Shown here piece after piece: positions 23,226 through 36,289 of a DNA stretch of 64,000 nt (the first letter of the stretch is position 1; each line of letters opens with the position of its first letter). A program made the translations under genes and the position numbers. Origin of the DNA: Pristiophorus japonicus (Eukaryota); the NCBI RefSeq assembly GCF_044704955.1, contig NC_091995.1, forward strand, positions 9,300,001-9,364,000, read 5' to 3'. Below the pieces are notes generated by a model that saw only the letters and a program-made list of their open reading frames with translations, was not told the DNA's origin and ran no database searches.

Positions 23226-24673
23226 GAAACATAGAAAATAGGTGCAGGAGTAGGCCATTCGGACCTTCAAGCCTGCACCATCATTCAATATGATCATGGC
23301 TGATCATGCATTTCAGTACCCTATTCCCACTTTCTCTCCATACCTCTTGATCCCTTTAGCCATAAGGGCCACATCTAACTCCCTTTTGAATATATCTAAC
23401 AAACTGGCCTCAACAACTTTCTGTGGTAGAGAATTCCATATGCTCACAACTTTCTGAGTGAAAGAGTTTCTCCTCATCTCGGTCCTAAATGGCTTACCCC
23501 TTATCCTTAGACTGTGACCCCTGGTTCTGGACTTCCCCAACATCTGGAACATTCTTCCTGCATCTAACCTGTCCAATCCCGTCAGAATTTTATGTTTCTA
23601 TGAGATCCCCTCTCATTCTTCTAAATTCCATTGAATATAAGCCTAGTCGATCCAGTCTTTCTTCATATGTCAGTCCTGTCATCCTGGGCATCAGTCTGGT
23701 GAACCTTCACTGCACTCCCTCAATAGCAAGAATGTCCTTCCTCAGATTAGGAGACCAAATCTGTACACAATATTCAAGGTGTGGCCTCACCAAGGCCCTG
23801 TACAATTGTAGTAAGATCTCCCTGCTCCTATACTCAAATCCTCTCGCTATGAAGGCCAACATGCCATTTGCCTTCTTCGCCGCCTGCTGTACCTGCATGC
23901 CAACTTTCAATGACTGATGCACCATGACACCCAGGTCCCATTACATCTCCCCTTTTACTAATCTGTCACCATTCAGATAATAATCTGCCTCTCTGTTTTT
24001 ACCACCAAAGTGGATAACCTCACATTTATCTACATTATACCACATCTGCCATGCATTTGCCCACGCACCCAACCTGTCCAACTCACCCTGCAGCCTCTTA
24101 GCATCCTCCTCGCAGCTCACACTGCCACCCAGCTTAGTGTCATCTGCAAACCTGGAGATATTACATTCAATTCCTTCGTCTAAATCATTAATGTATATTG
24201 TAAATAGCTGGGGTCCCAGCACTGAACCTTGTGGTACCCCACTAGTCACTGCCTGCCATTCTGAAAAGGACCCATTTATTCCTACTCTTTGCTTCTTGTC
24301 TGCCAACCAGTTCTCTATCCACGTCAATACATTACCCCCAATACCATGTGCTTTAATTTTGCACACTAATTTCTTATGTGGGACCTTGTCAAAAGCCACT
24401 GGCTCCCCCTTGTCCACTCTACTAGTTACATCCTCAAGAAATTCTAGAAGATTTGTCAAGCATGATTTCCCTTTCATAAATCCATGCTGACTTGGATCGA
24501 TCCTGTCACTGCTTTCCAAATGCACTGCTATTACATCTTTAATAATTGATTCCAACATTTTCCCCACCACCGATGTCAGGGTGACCGGTCTATAATTTCC
24601 TGTTTTCTCTCACCCTCCTTTTTTAAAAAGTGGGGTTACATTAGCTACCCTCCAGTCCATAGGAACTGATCCA
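23226..24673 (-). mobile_element. CR1 LINE inserted antisense into CR1 host A
   Basis: RT ORFs 23941-24570 and 23707-23925; TSD GAGATA (23220-25 and 24674-79). Confidence 0.93.
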
Positions 24674-25621
24674 GAGATATTTCATAACTCTCAACAAAAA
24701 TATATTCCAGTGAGAAGGAAAGACTTTAAGAGAAGGATGAACCATCCGTGGCTAACTAAGGAAGTAAAGGATGGTATCAAATTGAAAACAATGGCATACA
24801 ATATTGCCAAGATTAGCGGGAGGCCAGAGGATTGGGAATTTTTTTTTAAAAACCAGCGAAGGACAACTAAAAAAATAAGAGAGAGAAGATGGATTATAAT
24901 AGTAAACTAGCAAGAAATATAAAAACAGATAGAAAGAGCTTCTACAGGTATATAAAAAAAAATAGTAGCTAAAGTTAACATTGGTCTCTTAGAGGAAGAG
25001 ACTGGGGAATTAATAATGGGGAACAGGAAAATGGCAGAGACTTTGAACAAATATTTTGTAACGATCTTCACAGTAGAAGTAACTAAAAACATCCCAATAT
25101 TAGATAATCAAAGGGCTATAGGAAAGGAGGAACTTAAAACAATTACTATCACTGAAGAAAAAGTACTCAGTAAAATAATGGGACTAAAGGTAGACAAGTC
25201 CCCTGGACCTGAGGGCCTGCATCCTAGGGTCTTAACAGAAGTGGCTACAGAGATAGTGGGTACATTAGTTGCAATCTACCAAAATTCGCTGGATTCTGGA
25301 AAGGTCCCAGCGGATTGGAAAACCGCAAATGTAATGCCCATATTTAAAAAATGAGAGAGACAGAAAGGAGGTAACTATAGAGCAGTTAGCCTAACATCTG
25401 TCGTTGGGAAAATACTGGAGGCCATTATTAAGGAAGCAGTAGCAGGACATTTGGAAAAGCATAATACAGTCAAGCAGAGTCAGCATGGTTTTATGAAAGG
25501 CAAATCATGTTTGGCAAATTTGCCAATGAAAGGAACGGCAATAATCATGGGCGATTTTAACTTTCATATTGATTGGACAAAGCAAATTGGCATGGGCAGC
25601 CTTAAGGACATTTAAGGAGAT

Positions 25622-28600
25622 CATTATTGTGTTCCTAACACAGATGAGACTGCACACAGGGAGGTTAAAGTAACAGTGACCTCAGTGTTTATTAAGACAC
25701 TCCAGAGTGAGGAACAGGCCTTAGGGGCCGGCTTTTATACAGTGCTCCCAAGGGATGCTGTGATCCCTTGGGACTTCAGGGGATGTGCTCCCTGGTGGTG
25801 GAACATGGGAGTGCATGCTTTACAGATACACAACATCACTCCCCCCCCAAAGTCAAAGTGAAAACTATTTACAAGGTGAGGCGGTCGGGAGCCTTTCTTT
25901 TCCTGGTGGACCGCCTCGGTACAAATGTCTGCTCTGGTGTGTTGGCTGTGCCCTTGCTGCGCTGGCGTGTTGTTGGCCCTGCAGGGCTGCTGGGTGAGCC
26001 TGGTCTTGCTGGGCTGTTGGGCGTGATAGGTTTGATTTCGTGGTCCGGTGTGGTGTCGTTGATCCTTTGGGTGTGTGTTGTGGGCTCAGAAAAGGTGGTG
26101 TCTGCTGTGGGCTGTTCAGGGCCACAGTGTAAACCGCAGTCCATTGTCGAGTTTGACGACAAACACCCTACTCCCTTCTTTAGCTATCACCGTGCCCGCG
26201 ATCCACTTGGGACCATGCCCATAGTTTAGCACATACACAGGGTCATTCAGATCAATTTCCCGTGACACAGTGGCGCGACCATCGTTTACATTTTGTTGCT
26301 GCCGCCTGCTCTCTACCTGATCATGCAGGTCGGGGTGAACCAGCGAGAGTCTGGTTTTAAGTGTCCTTTTCATTCGTAGCTCAGCCGGGGGCACCCCTGT
26401 GAGCGAGTGCGGTAGCTGAGCAGTACTCGGGACAGGCGGGTTTGGAGTAAGCCTTCTGTGACTCTGTTTGATGGTTTGTACTGCCCGCTTTGCCTGCCCA
26501 TTGGAGGCTGGTTTAAACGGGGCCGAGGCGACATGTTTGATCCCATTGCGGGTCATGAATTCTTTAAATTCGGCACTGGTGAAACATGGCCCGTTGTCAC
26601 TGACCAGTATGTTAGGCAGGCCGTGGGTGGCAAGCATGGCCCTCAGGCTTTCAATGGTGGCGGTGGCGGTGCTTCCCACATTATTTCACATTCAATCCAT
26701 TTTGAAAAAGCATCCACCACCACCAGGAACATTTTACCAAGAAACGGGCCCGCATAGCCGACATAGATCCTCGACCATGGTCTGGAGGGCCAGGACCACA
26801 AACTTAGTGGTGCCTCTCTGGGCGCGTTGCTCAACTGAGCACACACACTGCATTGCCCTACACAGGACTCTAAGTCAGAGTCGATACCGGGCCACCACAC
26901 GTGGGATCTGGCTATCGCTTTCATCATTACTATACCCGGGTGTGTGCTGTGGAGATCCAAGATTAACATCTCCCTGCCCTTTTTTGGTAGCACTACGCAG
27001 TTACCCCATAACAGGCAGTCTTGCCTGAATGGACAGCTCATCCTTTTGCCGCTAGAACGGCTTGATTAGCTCTTGCATTTCAATGGGGATGCTGGCCCAG
27101 CTCCCATGCAGTACACAGTTTTTTACTAGGGACAGCAGAGGATCTTGGCTGGTCCAAGTCCTAATCTGGTGGTCCGTGACAGGTGATTTATCATTTTCAA
27201 ACGCTTCCATGACCATCAATAAGTCTGCGGGCTGCGCCACCATCAACAAGTTTGCAGGCTGCGTCATTTCCACTCCAGTGGTGGGCAATGGTAGCCGACT
27301 GAGAGCATCCGCACAATTCTCGGTGCCTGGCCTGTGGCGGATGGTATAGTTATACGCTGATAGCGCGAGTGCCCACCTTTGTATGCAGGCTGAGGCATTA
27401 GTATTTATCCTCTTGTTTTCAGCGAACACGGATATGAGGGTCTTGTGATCGGTTTCCAGCTCAAATTTGAGGCCCAACAGGTACTGATGCATTTTCTTTA
27501 CCCCGAATGCACACGCTAATGCCTCTTTCTCAATCATGCTGTTGGTTCTCTCGGCCTTAGACCAACTCCTGGAAGCATAGGCGACAGGTTGCAACTTCCC
27601 CGCAACGTTAGCTTGTTGTAATACACACCCAACTCCGTACGACGATGCATCACATGCTAGCACAAGTCTTTTACACGGGTTATACAATACAAGCAGCTTG
27701 TTGGAACATAAAATGTTTCTGGCTTTCTCAAAAGCAATTACTTGGTTTTTTTCCCCATATCCAGTTCTCACCTTTACGCAATAACACATGTAGGGGCTCT
27801 AAGAGGGTGCTTAACCCCGGTAGGAAGTTACCAAAATAGTTGAGGAGTCCCAGGAACGACCGCAGCTCCGTGACATTCTGTGGCCTGGACGTGTTCCTGA
27901 TAGCCTCTGTCTTGGCGTCTGTGGGCTGAATGCCATCCGCCGTGATCTTTCTCCCCAAAAACTCCACTTCTGTTGCCATGAAAATGCATTTCGACCTCTG
28001 CAGCCGCAGCCCTATGTGATCCAGTCACTGGAGGACCTCCTCCAGGTTTTGTAGGTGCTCGACGGTGTCCCGACCCGTGACCAATATGTCATCCTGAAAA
28101 ACCACCGTGCATGGTACCGACTTGAGTAGGCTCTCCATGTTTCTCTGGAAGATCGCTGCAGCCAACCAAATTCCAAACGGGCATCTGTTGTAGATGAACA
28201 GTCCCTTGTGCGTATTGATGCAGGTGAGGCCTTTCGAAGACTCCTCCAGCTCCAGCGTCATGCAGGCCAAAGTCAGGTCGAACTTGGTGAACGTTTTGCC
28301 TCCTGCCAGCGTCGCAAACAGGTTGTCTGCCTTAGGTAGCGGGTATTGGTCCTGTAGCGAGAAACGATTAATAGTTACTTTATAAACGCCACAAATCCTG
28401 ACCGTGCCATCACTTTTGAGTACTGGAACAATCGGGCTGGCCCACTCGCTGAATTCCACTGGGGAGATGATGCCCTTGCGTTGCAGCCTGTCCAGCTCGA
28501 TTTCCACTCTCTCCCTCATCATGTGAGATACCGCTCGCGCCTTGTGGTGAATGGGTCATGCCTCTGGGACCAAGTGGATCCGCACCTTCGCCCCGGAAAA

Positions 28601-30702
28601 GTTTCCAATGCCTGGCTCAAAAAGGGAAGGAAATTTGTTAAGAACCTGGGTACATGAGGCCTCATCGACATGTGATGGCGCTTGGATGTCATCCCAGTTC
28701 CAGCGGATTTTGCCCAGCCAGCTCCTTCCAAGCAGTGTGGGGCCATCGCCCGGGACAATCCAGAGTGGCAGTTCGTGCACCGTGCCCTCGTAGGTGACCT
28801 TGACCATGGCGCTGCCCAGAATAGTGATAAGCTCTTTGGTGTACGTTCTCAGTTTCGTGTGGATGGGGCTCAGGGCTGGTCTGAGTGCCTTGTTGCACCA
28901 CAGTCTCTCAAACATCTTTTTACTCATGATGGATTGGCTAGTGCCAGTGTCCAGTTCCATGGTTACGGGTAAGCCATTCAATTTTACGTTTAACATTATA
29001 GGTGGACATTTCGTCAAATGTGTGCACCCTGTGTACTTCAGCATCTGCCTCCTCTCTCTGAGGCTCGAAATTGCTTTGATCCACCATGGACCGATCTTCC
29101 TCTGCCACGTGGTGGTTAGCAGGTTTTGCAAAGCTTGACCTTGTCTGCAAGCTCATTGGAGGTGTCCCATTGTTCCATGACACTTACAAACATACCCTTT
29201 GAGACGGCATGAAAAGGCTGAATGGAAGCCTCCACAACGCCAACAAGGTGTGAATTGCCTTGCATTCATCCTTTGTTACGGACTCCGAGTCATCTGGGTC
29301 ACCTGAGGCCTGCTGGCAGCTGCAGACTCGTGGTTTCTGCCCTGTACATTTCTGCTCGCAAACACAGTTCCAGTTAATTTATAAACATTGCTAGCACTTG
29401 TGTGCTGAGAGATTTGTTTGGTGTTATCACTGGTGGACATAAATGCCTGTGCTATCGCAATGGTCTTACTGAGGGTCGATGTCTCTACAGTCAAAAGTTT
29501 TCGTAGTATGGTCTCGTGGCCAATACCCAGTACAAAAAGGTCTCTGAGCATTTGCTCCAGGTAGCCATCAAACTCATATTGTCCTGCAAGTTGCCTTAGC
29601 TCGGCGACGTAGCTCACCACTTCCTGACCTTCAGATCGCTGGCACATGTAGAACCGATACCTCGCCATCAGCACGCTCTCCCTCAGGTTAAGATGCTCCC
29701 GAACCAGTGTATACAGCTCCTCATATGACTTATCTGTGGGTTTCACCGGAGCCAGAAGCTGTAGGTTGGTGCCCCGCAGACCATGAGGAGGACCGCTCTC
29801 TTTTTTGCAGCGCTTCCTTCTCCGTCCAGCTCATTGGCTACAAAGTACTGGTCTAGCCATTCGACATAGGCTTTCCAGTCCTCACCCTCCGAGAACTTCT
29901 CCAGGATGCCCACAGCATCTTTGTGTTGGATTCGTATTCTCGTCACCAGTTATTGTGTTCCGAACACAGATGAGACTGCACACAGGGAGGTTAAAGTAAC
30001 AGTGACCTCAGTCTTTATTAAGACACTCCAGAGTGAGGAACAGGCCTTAGGTGCCGGCTTATATACAGTGCTCCCAAGGGATGCTGGGATCCCTTGGGAC
30101 TTCAGGGGATGCGCTCCCTGGTGGCGGAACATGGGAGTGCATGCTTTACAGATACACAACAATTATCATCATCATCATAAGCAGTCCCTCGAAACGAGGA
30201 TGACTTGCTTCCTTCCTTCCAGGTCCCGAACTACATCCTGAAGGGTGGAAGATGCCTGTGCGTGAATTTTCTTAACGTGTGGAGACCGTTGCACACCAGC
30301 CACCCCACGGGCTTGACAGAGCTAGGTCTTGGTCCAGTGGCAAGGATTACCCAAGACGACTGGAGATCTGCTCTGCTGCACGGATCTAGCGCGCACACGT
30401 ATCACTGTGTGAGCTGGACCGTGCTGCCCCTTGCCCGAACTCACGCCTCTCTGGGCCCCGATTACATCCCTCTACAGTCTCTCGACGCTCCTTCACCCAG
30501 TCTCTCGCCGCTCCTGCTGTACCTGCCCACGGTCCAATCAACGACCTGGACCTTGATGACATCACTCTTCGCTGCTGTTGCAGCTCGTGCTGCCCCCTGA
30601 AGTAGTATGTCTCCACGCTGCTCCTTTTATGGCCCCGACCTGCCGCTGGTGTTCTCCCGCAGGTCGGGTCCTCCATGCTGCTCCTGGGCCTCCGCATGCC
30701 GC
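25622..30702 (-). mobile_element. Non-autonomous RTE-tailed retroelement (~0.55 kb; body 30162-30702), split in its tail by the Gypsy
   Basis: 3' end GGAAGCAAGTCATCCTCGTTTCGAGGGACTGCTTATGATGATG matches the RTE ends at 52991 and 46540; 11-bp TSD TTTAAGGAGAT (25611-21 and 30703-13); GC-rich body with no recognisable RT. Confidence 0.82.
25628..30161 (-). mobile_element. Full-length decayed Gypsy (Mag-like) LTR retrotransposon
   Basis: 208-bp LTRs 25628-25835 and 29954-30161 (7 mismatches by my count); ATTAT flanks both ends (the boundary could shift 3 bp, giving ATCAT/ATTAT); PBS TGGTGACGAG; PPT; gag-PR-RT-RH-IN ORF fragments on the minus strand. Confidence 0.95.
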
Positions 30703-33700
30703 TTTAAGGAGATATTCCATAAATAGCAACATAAATATATCCCAATGAGAAGGAAAGACTGTAATAGAAGGGATAACCATCCATGGCTAATGAAGAAAAT
30801 AAGTGAGGGTATCAAATTGAAAACAAGAGCATACAATGTGGCCAAAACCTAGTGGGAGGCCAGAGAATTAGGAAACTTTTAAAAGCCAGCAAAGAACAAC
30901 TAAAAAAATGATAGAGAGGGAAGAGAATAAACTAGCACAAAATATAAAAACAGATAGTAAGAGTTTCTACAGGTACATAAAAAGGAAAAGAGTGGCTAAA
31001 GTAAATGTTGGTCCCTAGAGGATGAGACTGGGGAATTAATAATGGAGAACAGGGAAATGGCAGAGATGTTGAACAAATATTTTGTATCGGTCTTCACAGT
31101 AGAAGGTGCTAAAAACATCCCAATAGAGGACAATCAAGGGGCTATAGGGAGGGAGGAACTTAATACAATCGCTATCACTAATGAAGTAGTTCTCGGTAAA
31201 ATAATGGGACTAAAGGAGGAAGGCTTATATCCTGGGGTCTTAAAAGAGGTGGCTGCAGAGATCGTGAATGCATTGGTTGTAATCTACCAAAATTCCCTGG
31301 ATTCTGGGGCAGTCCCAGCAGATTGGAAAACCACAAATGTAACGCCCCTATTTAAAAAAGGGGGCAGACAAAAATCAGGAAACTATAGACCAGTTAGCCT
31401 AACATCTGATGTTGGAAAAATACTTAAAGAAGCAGTAGCGGGACATTTGGAAAAGCATAATTCAATCAAGCAGAGCCAGCTTGGTTTTATGAAAGGGAAA
31501 TCATATTTGACAAATTTGCTGGAGTTCTTTGAGGATGTAACGAGCAGAGTGGATAAGGGGGAACCAGTGGATCTAGTTTATTTGGACATCCCGAAGGCAT
31601 TCGATAAGGTGCCACATAAAAGGTTACTGCACAAGATAAAAGTTTACGGGGTTGGTGGTAATAAATTAGCATGGATAGAGGATTGGTAAACTAACAGAAA
31701 ACAGAGAGTCGGGATAAATGGTTCATTTACCAGTTGGCAAACAGTGACTAGTGGGGTGCCGCAGGGATCGGTGCTGGATCCTCAACTATTTACAATCTAT
31801 GTTAATGACTTGGATGAAGGGACCGAGTATAATGTAGACAAGTTTGCTGATGATACAAAGATGGGTGGGAAAGCAAACTGTCAGGAGGACACAAAAAATC
31901 TGCAGAGATATAAGATATAGACAGGCTAAGTGAGTGGGCAAAGATCTGGCAGATGGGAGTATAATGTGGGAAAATGTGAGGTTATCCACTTTGGCAGTAA
32001 AAATAGAAAAACAAATTACAATTTAATGGAGAAAAATTGCAAAGTGCTGCAGTACAGAGGGACCTGGGGGTCCTTGTGCATGAAACACAAAAAGTGAGTA
32101 TGCAGGTACAGCAAGTGATCAGGAAGGTAAATGGAATGTTGGCCTTTATTGCAAGGGGGATAGAGTATAAAAGCAGGGAAGTCCTGCTACAACTGTACAG
32201 GGTATTGGTAAGGCCACACCTAGAGTACTGTGTTCAGTTTTTGGTCTCCGTATTTAAGGAAGGATATATTTGCATTGAAGGCTGTTCAAAGAAGGTTCAC
32301 TAGGTTGATTCCGGAGATGAGGGGGTTGACTTATGAAGATAGGTTGAGCAGGTTGTGCCTTTACACATTGGAGTTCAGAAGAGTGAGAGGTGATCTTATT
32401 AAAACATATAAGATAATGAAGGGACTCGGCAAGGTGGATGCAGAGAGGATATTTCCACTCATAGGGGAAACTAAAACTAGGGGACATTGTCTCAGAATAA
32501 GGGGCTACCCATTTATAACTGAGATGAGGAGGAATTTTTTCTCTCAGAGGGTTGTAAATCAATGGAATTCTCTGCCCAGAGAGCTGTGGAGGCTGGGTCT
32601 TTGAATATATTTAAGGCAGAGATAGACAGATTTTTGAGCGATAAGGGAGTGAAGGGTTATGGAGAATGGGCAGGAAAGTGGAACTGATTCCATGATCCAA
32701 TCATATTGAATTGAGGAGCAGGCTCGATGGGCCGAATGTCCTAACCCTGCTCCTATTTCTTATGTTCTTATGGAGTTCTTTGAGGATGTACCGAGCAGGG
32801 TGGATAAGGGGGAACCAGTGGATGTGGTATATTTGGATTTCCAGAAGGCATTCACTAAGGTGCCAGCTAAAAGGTTACTGAACAAGATAAGAGCTCACGG
32901 GGTTGGGGGTAATATATTAGCATGGATAGAGGATTGGCTAACTAACAGAAAACAGAGAGTCGGGTAAGTGCGTCATTTTCCGGTTGGCAAACGGTAACTA
33001 GTGGGGTGCCACAGAGATCGGTGCTGGGTCCCCAACGATTTTCTATCTATATTAATGACTTGGCTGAAGGGACCGAGTGTAATGTAGCCAAGTTTGCTGA
33101 TGAGGAGGACACAAAGAATCTGCAAAGGGATATAGACAGGCTAAATGAGTGGGCAAACATTTTGCAGATGGAGTATAATGTGGGAAAGTGTGAGGTTATC
33201 CACTTTGGAAGGAAAAATAAAAATGCAAATTATTTTTAAATGGAGATTACAAAATACTGCAGTACAAGGGACCTGGCCGTCCTTGTGCCTGAAACACAAA
33301 AATAGTAATCAGGAAGGCAAATGGAATGTTGCAAGGGGTATAAAGTATAAAAGCAAGGAAGTCCTGCTACAACTGTACAGGGTATTGGTGCGACCACATC
33401 TGGTGTACTGCGTACAGTTTTGGTCTCCTCATTTAAGGAGGGATATAATTGCATTGGAGGCAGTTCGGAGAAGGTTCATCAGGTTGATTCCTGAGATGAA
33501 GAGGTTGACATATGAAGAGAGATTGAGCAGGTTGGGCTTATATTCATTTAAGTTTAGAAGAATGAGAGGCGATCTTATTGAAAGATATAAGATACTGGTT
33601 GGCTTGACAATGTAGATGCAGAGAAGATGTTTCCCCTTGTGGGGGAATCTAGAACTAGGCATAGTTTCAGAATAAGGAGTCGTCCATTTAGAACTGAGAT

Positions 33701-34344
33701 GAGAAGAAATTTCTTCTCTCAGAGGGTTGTGAATCTGTGGAATTCTCTGCCCCAGAGAGCTGTGGAGGCTGGGTCATTGAATATATTTAAGGTGGAGATA
33801 GACAGATTTTTGAGCGATAAGGGAGTCAAGGGTTATGGGGAGTGGGCAGGGAAGTGGAGTTGAGGCCAAGATCAGATCAGCCATGATCTTATTATATGGC
33901 GGAGCAGGCTCGAGGGGCCAAATGGTTTATTCCTGCTCCTATTTCTTATGTTCTTATGTTTTTATGCAGACTGAACTGCTGTTTATTTACAGTATTTGTG
34001 GGTTTTCTTTTGCTCTTATCAAACCTTTTGTCACCTGACATTCATGAGTGCACTCCCAGCAGCAGTCACTGGACTATGATCATGGAAAAGGAAAGACAAG
34101 ATAGTATCTTCCCCCTTAGCCCAGGGACACTTAAGTCAATTGCAGTGTCTTTACTGCGGTGCTAGGTGAGATCAGCTAACTCAGCACAAACTGGGGATAA
34201 AGCTGCTGTTACTCAATGAACTCATTGAGCTCCTGGGCTGCTTGAAACATTTCTCTTATTGCAATCATTAAAAGTGAGTGGCCAAATGCAGCACAGTCAT
34301 GCTTTAATATGCTATGTGGTAGCAGAAAGTCTGTCTTTATTTTT

Positions 34345-34720
34345 TTATGAATTCTCGGGATGTGGGCATCACTAGCAAGGTCGCATTTATTGCCCTTTCC
34401 TAGTTGCCCTGAGAAAGTGGTGGTGGGCCACGTTCTTATACCTCTGGGTGTGGCGGTTTGATACAGCTGAGTGGCTTGCAACGCCACTTTATAGGGCAGT
34501 TAGAGGTCAACCACGTCGATGTGGGACTGGAGTCACATATGGACCAGGCGGAGTAAGGGCGGAAGGTTTCCTTCCCTGAAGGACATTCGTGAACCAGATG
34601 GGTGTTTACGGCAATCCGAAAGCTTCACGTTCATTTTTACCGACACCAGCTTTTTAGTTCCAGATTTTCTTAAAATTGAATTCAAATTCTCAAACTGCCA
34701 TGGTGGGATTTGAACACACC
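34345..34720 (-). mobile_element. Second SINE family sharing its 3' end with the Crack-like LINE
   Basis: B-box-like GTTCAAATCCC at the 5' end; 3' end CCACCAC..TCTCAGGGCAACTAGG..GCAATAAATGC matches the LINE end at 8820-8890. Confidence 0.7.
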
Positions 34721-35021
34721 CACCAATTATAAGTCGAGACTTCTTTTGTATTCATTATTCTCCACATGCAGGCACATCCCCATCTAACAGCAGTGAAAAT
34801 TCACGGTAATCATCCCAGGCCATTCTTGCGCATCTCTAACAGAGTACATGGTTGGCCTAAGGGATGAAATTACATGCAGACACATAAACACGTAGAATAC
34901 AGAATGTGTTTTTCTTTTATTGGACGCTATAACACTCACAGTTGTATAGAATTAAACATATTTAATAAGCTGATGGCACAAATGTCTGGAAGAGAGCAAA
35001 AAAGGTGTGGTTTTATGAAAA

Positions 35022-35459
35022 AAAGAAAGACTTGCATTTATATAGCGCCTTTCACAATCATTGGATGTCTCAAAGCGTTTTACAGCCAATGAAGTACTTT
35101 TTGAAGTGTAGTCACTGTAGTAATGTAGGAAATGCGGCAATCAATTTATGCACAGCAAGCTCCCACAAACAGCAATGTGATAATAACTAGGTAACCTGCT
35201 TTAGTGATGTTGATTGAGGGATCAAATTTGGCCAGAGATGACACCCCTGCTCTTCAAAATAGTGCCAAGTGATCTTTTATTTCCATCTGAGAGAGAAGAC
35301 AGGACCTCAGTTTAATGTCTCATTTGAAAGACCTCCTACAGTGCAGTGCTCCCTCAGTACTGTACTAAGTGTCAGTGTAGATTTTTGTGGAGTGGGACTT
35401 GAACCCACAACCTTCTGACTCAGAGGAGAGAGTACTACCACTGAGCCACAGCTGACACT
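35022..35459 (-). mobile_element. DeuSINE-like SINE, full length
   Basis: Reverse complement of the same SINE consensus, with A and B boxes. Confidence 0.85.
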
Positions 35460-35756
35460 ACGATGGGTGAGGGGAATATAACCATTGACTTCAGTAGAAC
35501 TGAATCTCAAGCAGGACATATAATAGGTGGCCGATGCGATAACGTCAGTTTACCACCCGAGACAAACTTCTACCCTGTTCTTTGTGAGCATTTCAGCGTC
35601 AGAGTTGTAAAGTGCAGCAGGTGCTGTTGATGTTAGAAATGTTATAGCTTGAAAGCTTCCTTTCAAAATCTGACAAATACGTGGCGTGGAGGCGAAACCT
35701 TTTAAACCAGTGGCAAGGTGGAGACACCACGAGAAACATTGCCAAGCGTTTCTTAC

Positions 35757-35857
35757 CGCCTCTTGCTTATGTCGGAAGTCCTTCTCCCTCTCCAGACGGT
35801 ACTGTTCAATCTCACCCTGTGCTTCCTCCTTCGCTTGCCTCAGCCTCCGAGCCTTCC
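35757..35857 (-). CDS. ATP6V1G2: V-type proton ATPase subunit G2, coding exon 2 (101 nt)
   Basis: Acceptor TTTTAG; (R)KARRLRQAKEEAQGEIEQYRLEREKDFRHKQEA; donor GCG|GTAAG; KARRL is G2-like (G1 has KNRRL). Confidence 0.95.
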
Positions 35858-36289
35858 CTAAAAGAAGAACAAGAGCTGCTCACTGGCTTGAACCTCACTA
35901 ACCTTTCATTTGCATGACTCTGAAGTGCAGTAACCTCTGATTTACATTTGGAGTGTGCAATCTGTCATTTAACCAATATTCAATGGCAGTAACCCCTCAT
36001 TTACAATGGGCTGAGAATAGTAACCTCACATTTACTTTATTCTCCAGACAGTAACTTCTGAAATTATCTAATTCCTGGAAATAGTAACTTCTCATTTATC
36101 TGATTCTAGACTACAGTGTCTAGAATGCAGTTAACCTTATAACTTGCCTGATTCTAATTCCATTTCTCCATTCTTTCTCTGTACCCTCCCATCTTAAATA
36201 TTATGATTTAATCAGCTGCAATAGCCATTTGTGATTACATAATGTATTCATTATTCTAATAAGTTGTTGCGTGTAAAAGCTCCTCCTTT

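Larger units (their letters stand above)
25524..32770 (+). mobile_element. CR1 LINE (host B) inserted in host A, itself carrying RTE-derived and Gypsy insertions
   Basis: Restarts at the endonuclease GDFN region (25530), has an internal deletion, RT ORFs 31042-32604, and the tail TTCTTATGTTCTTA at 32770. Confidence 0.88.
22297..33960 (+). mobile_element. Long decayed CR1 LINE (host A: 22297-25523 and 32771-33960), split by nested insertions
   Basis: APE endonuclease fragment (DLIAITEKWL..GKGGVV), RT fragments, TTCTTATG tail at ~33960; ..CAAATTTGC at 25523 continues exactly as TGGAGTTCTTTGAGG at 32771. Confidence 0.9.
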
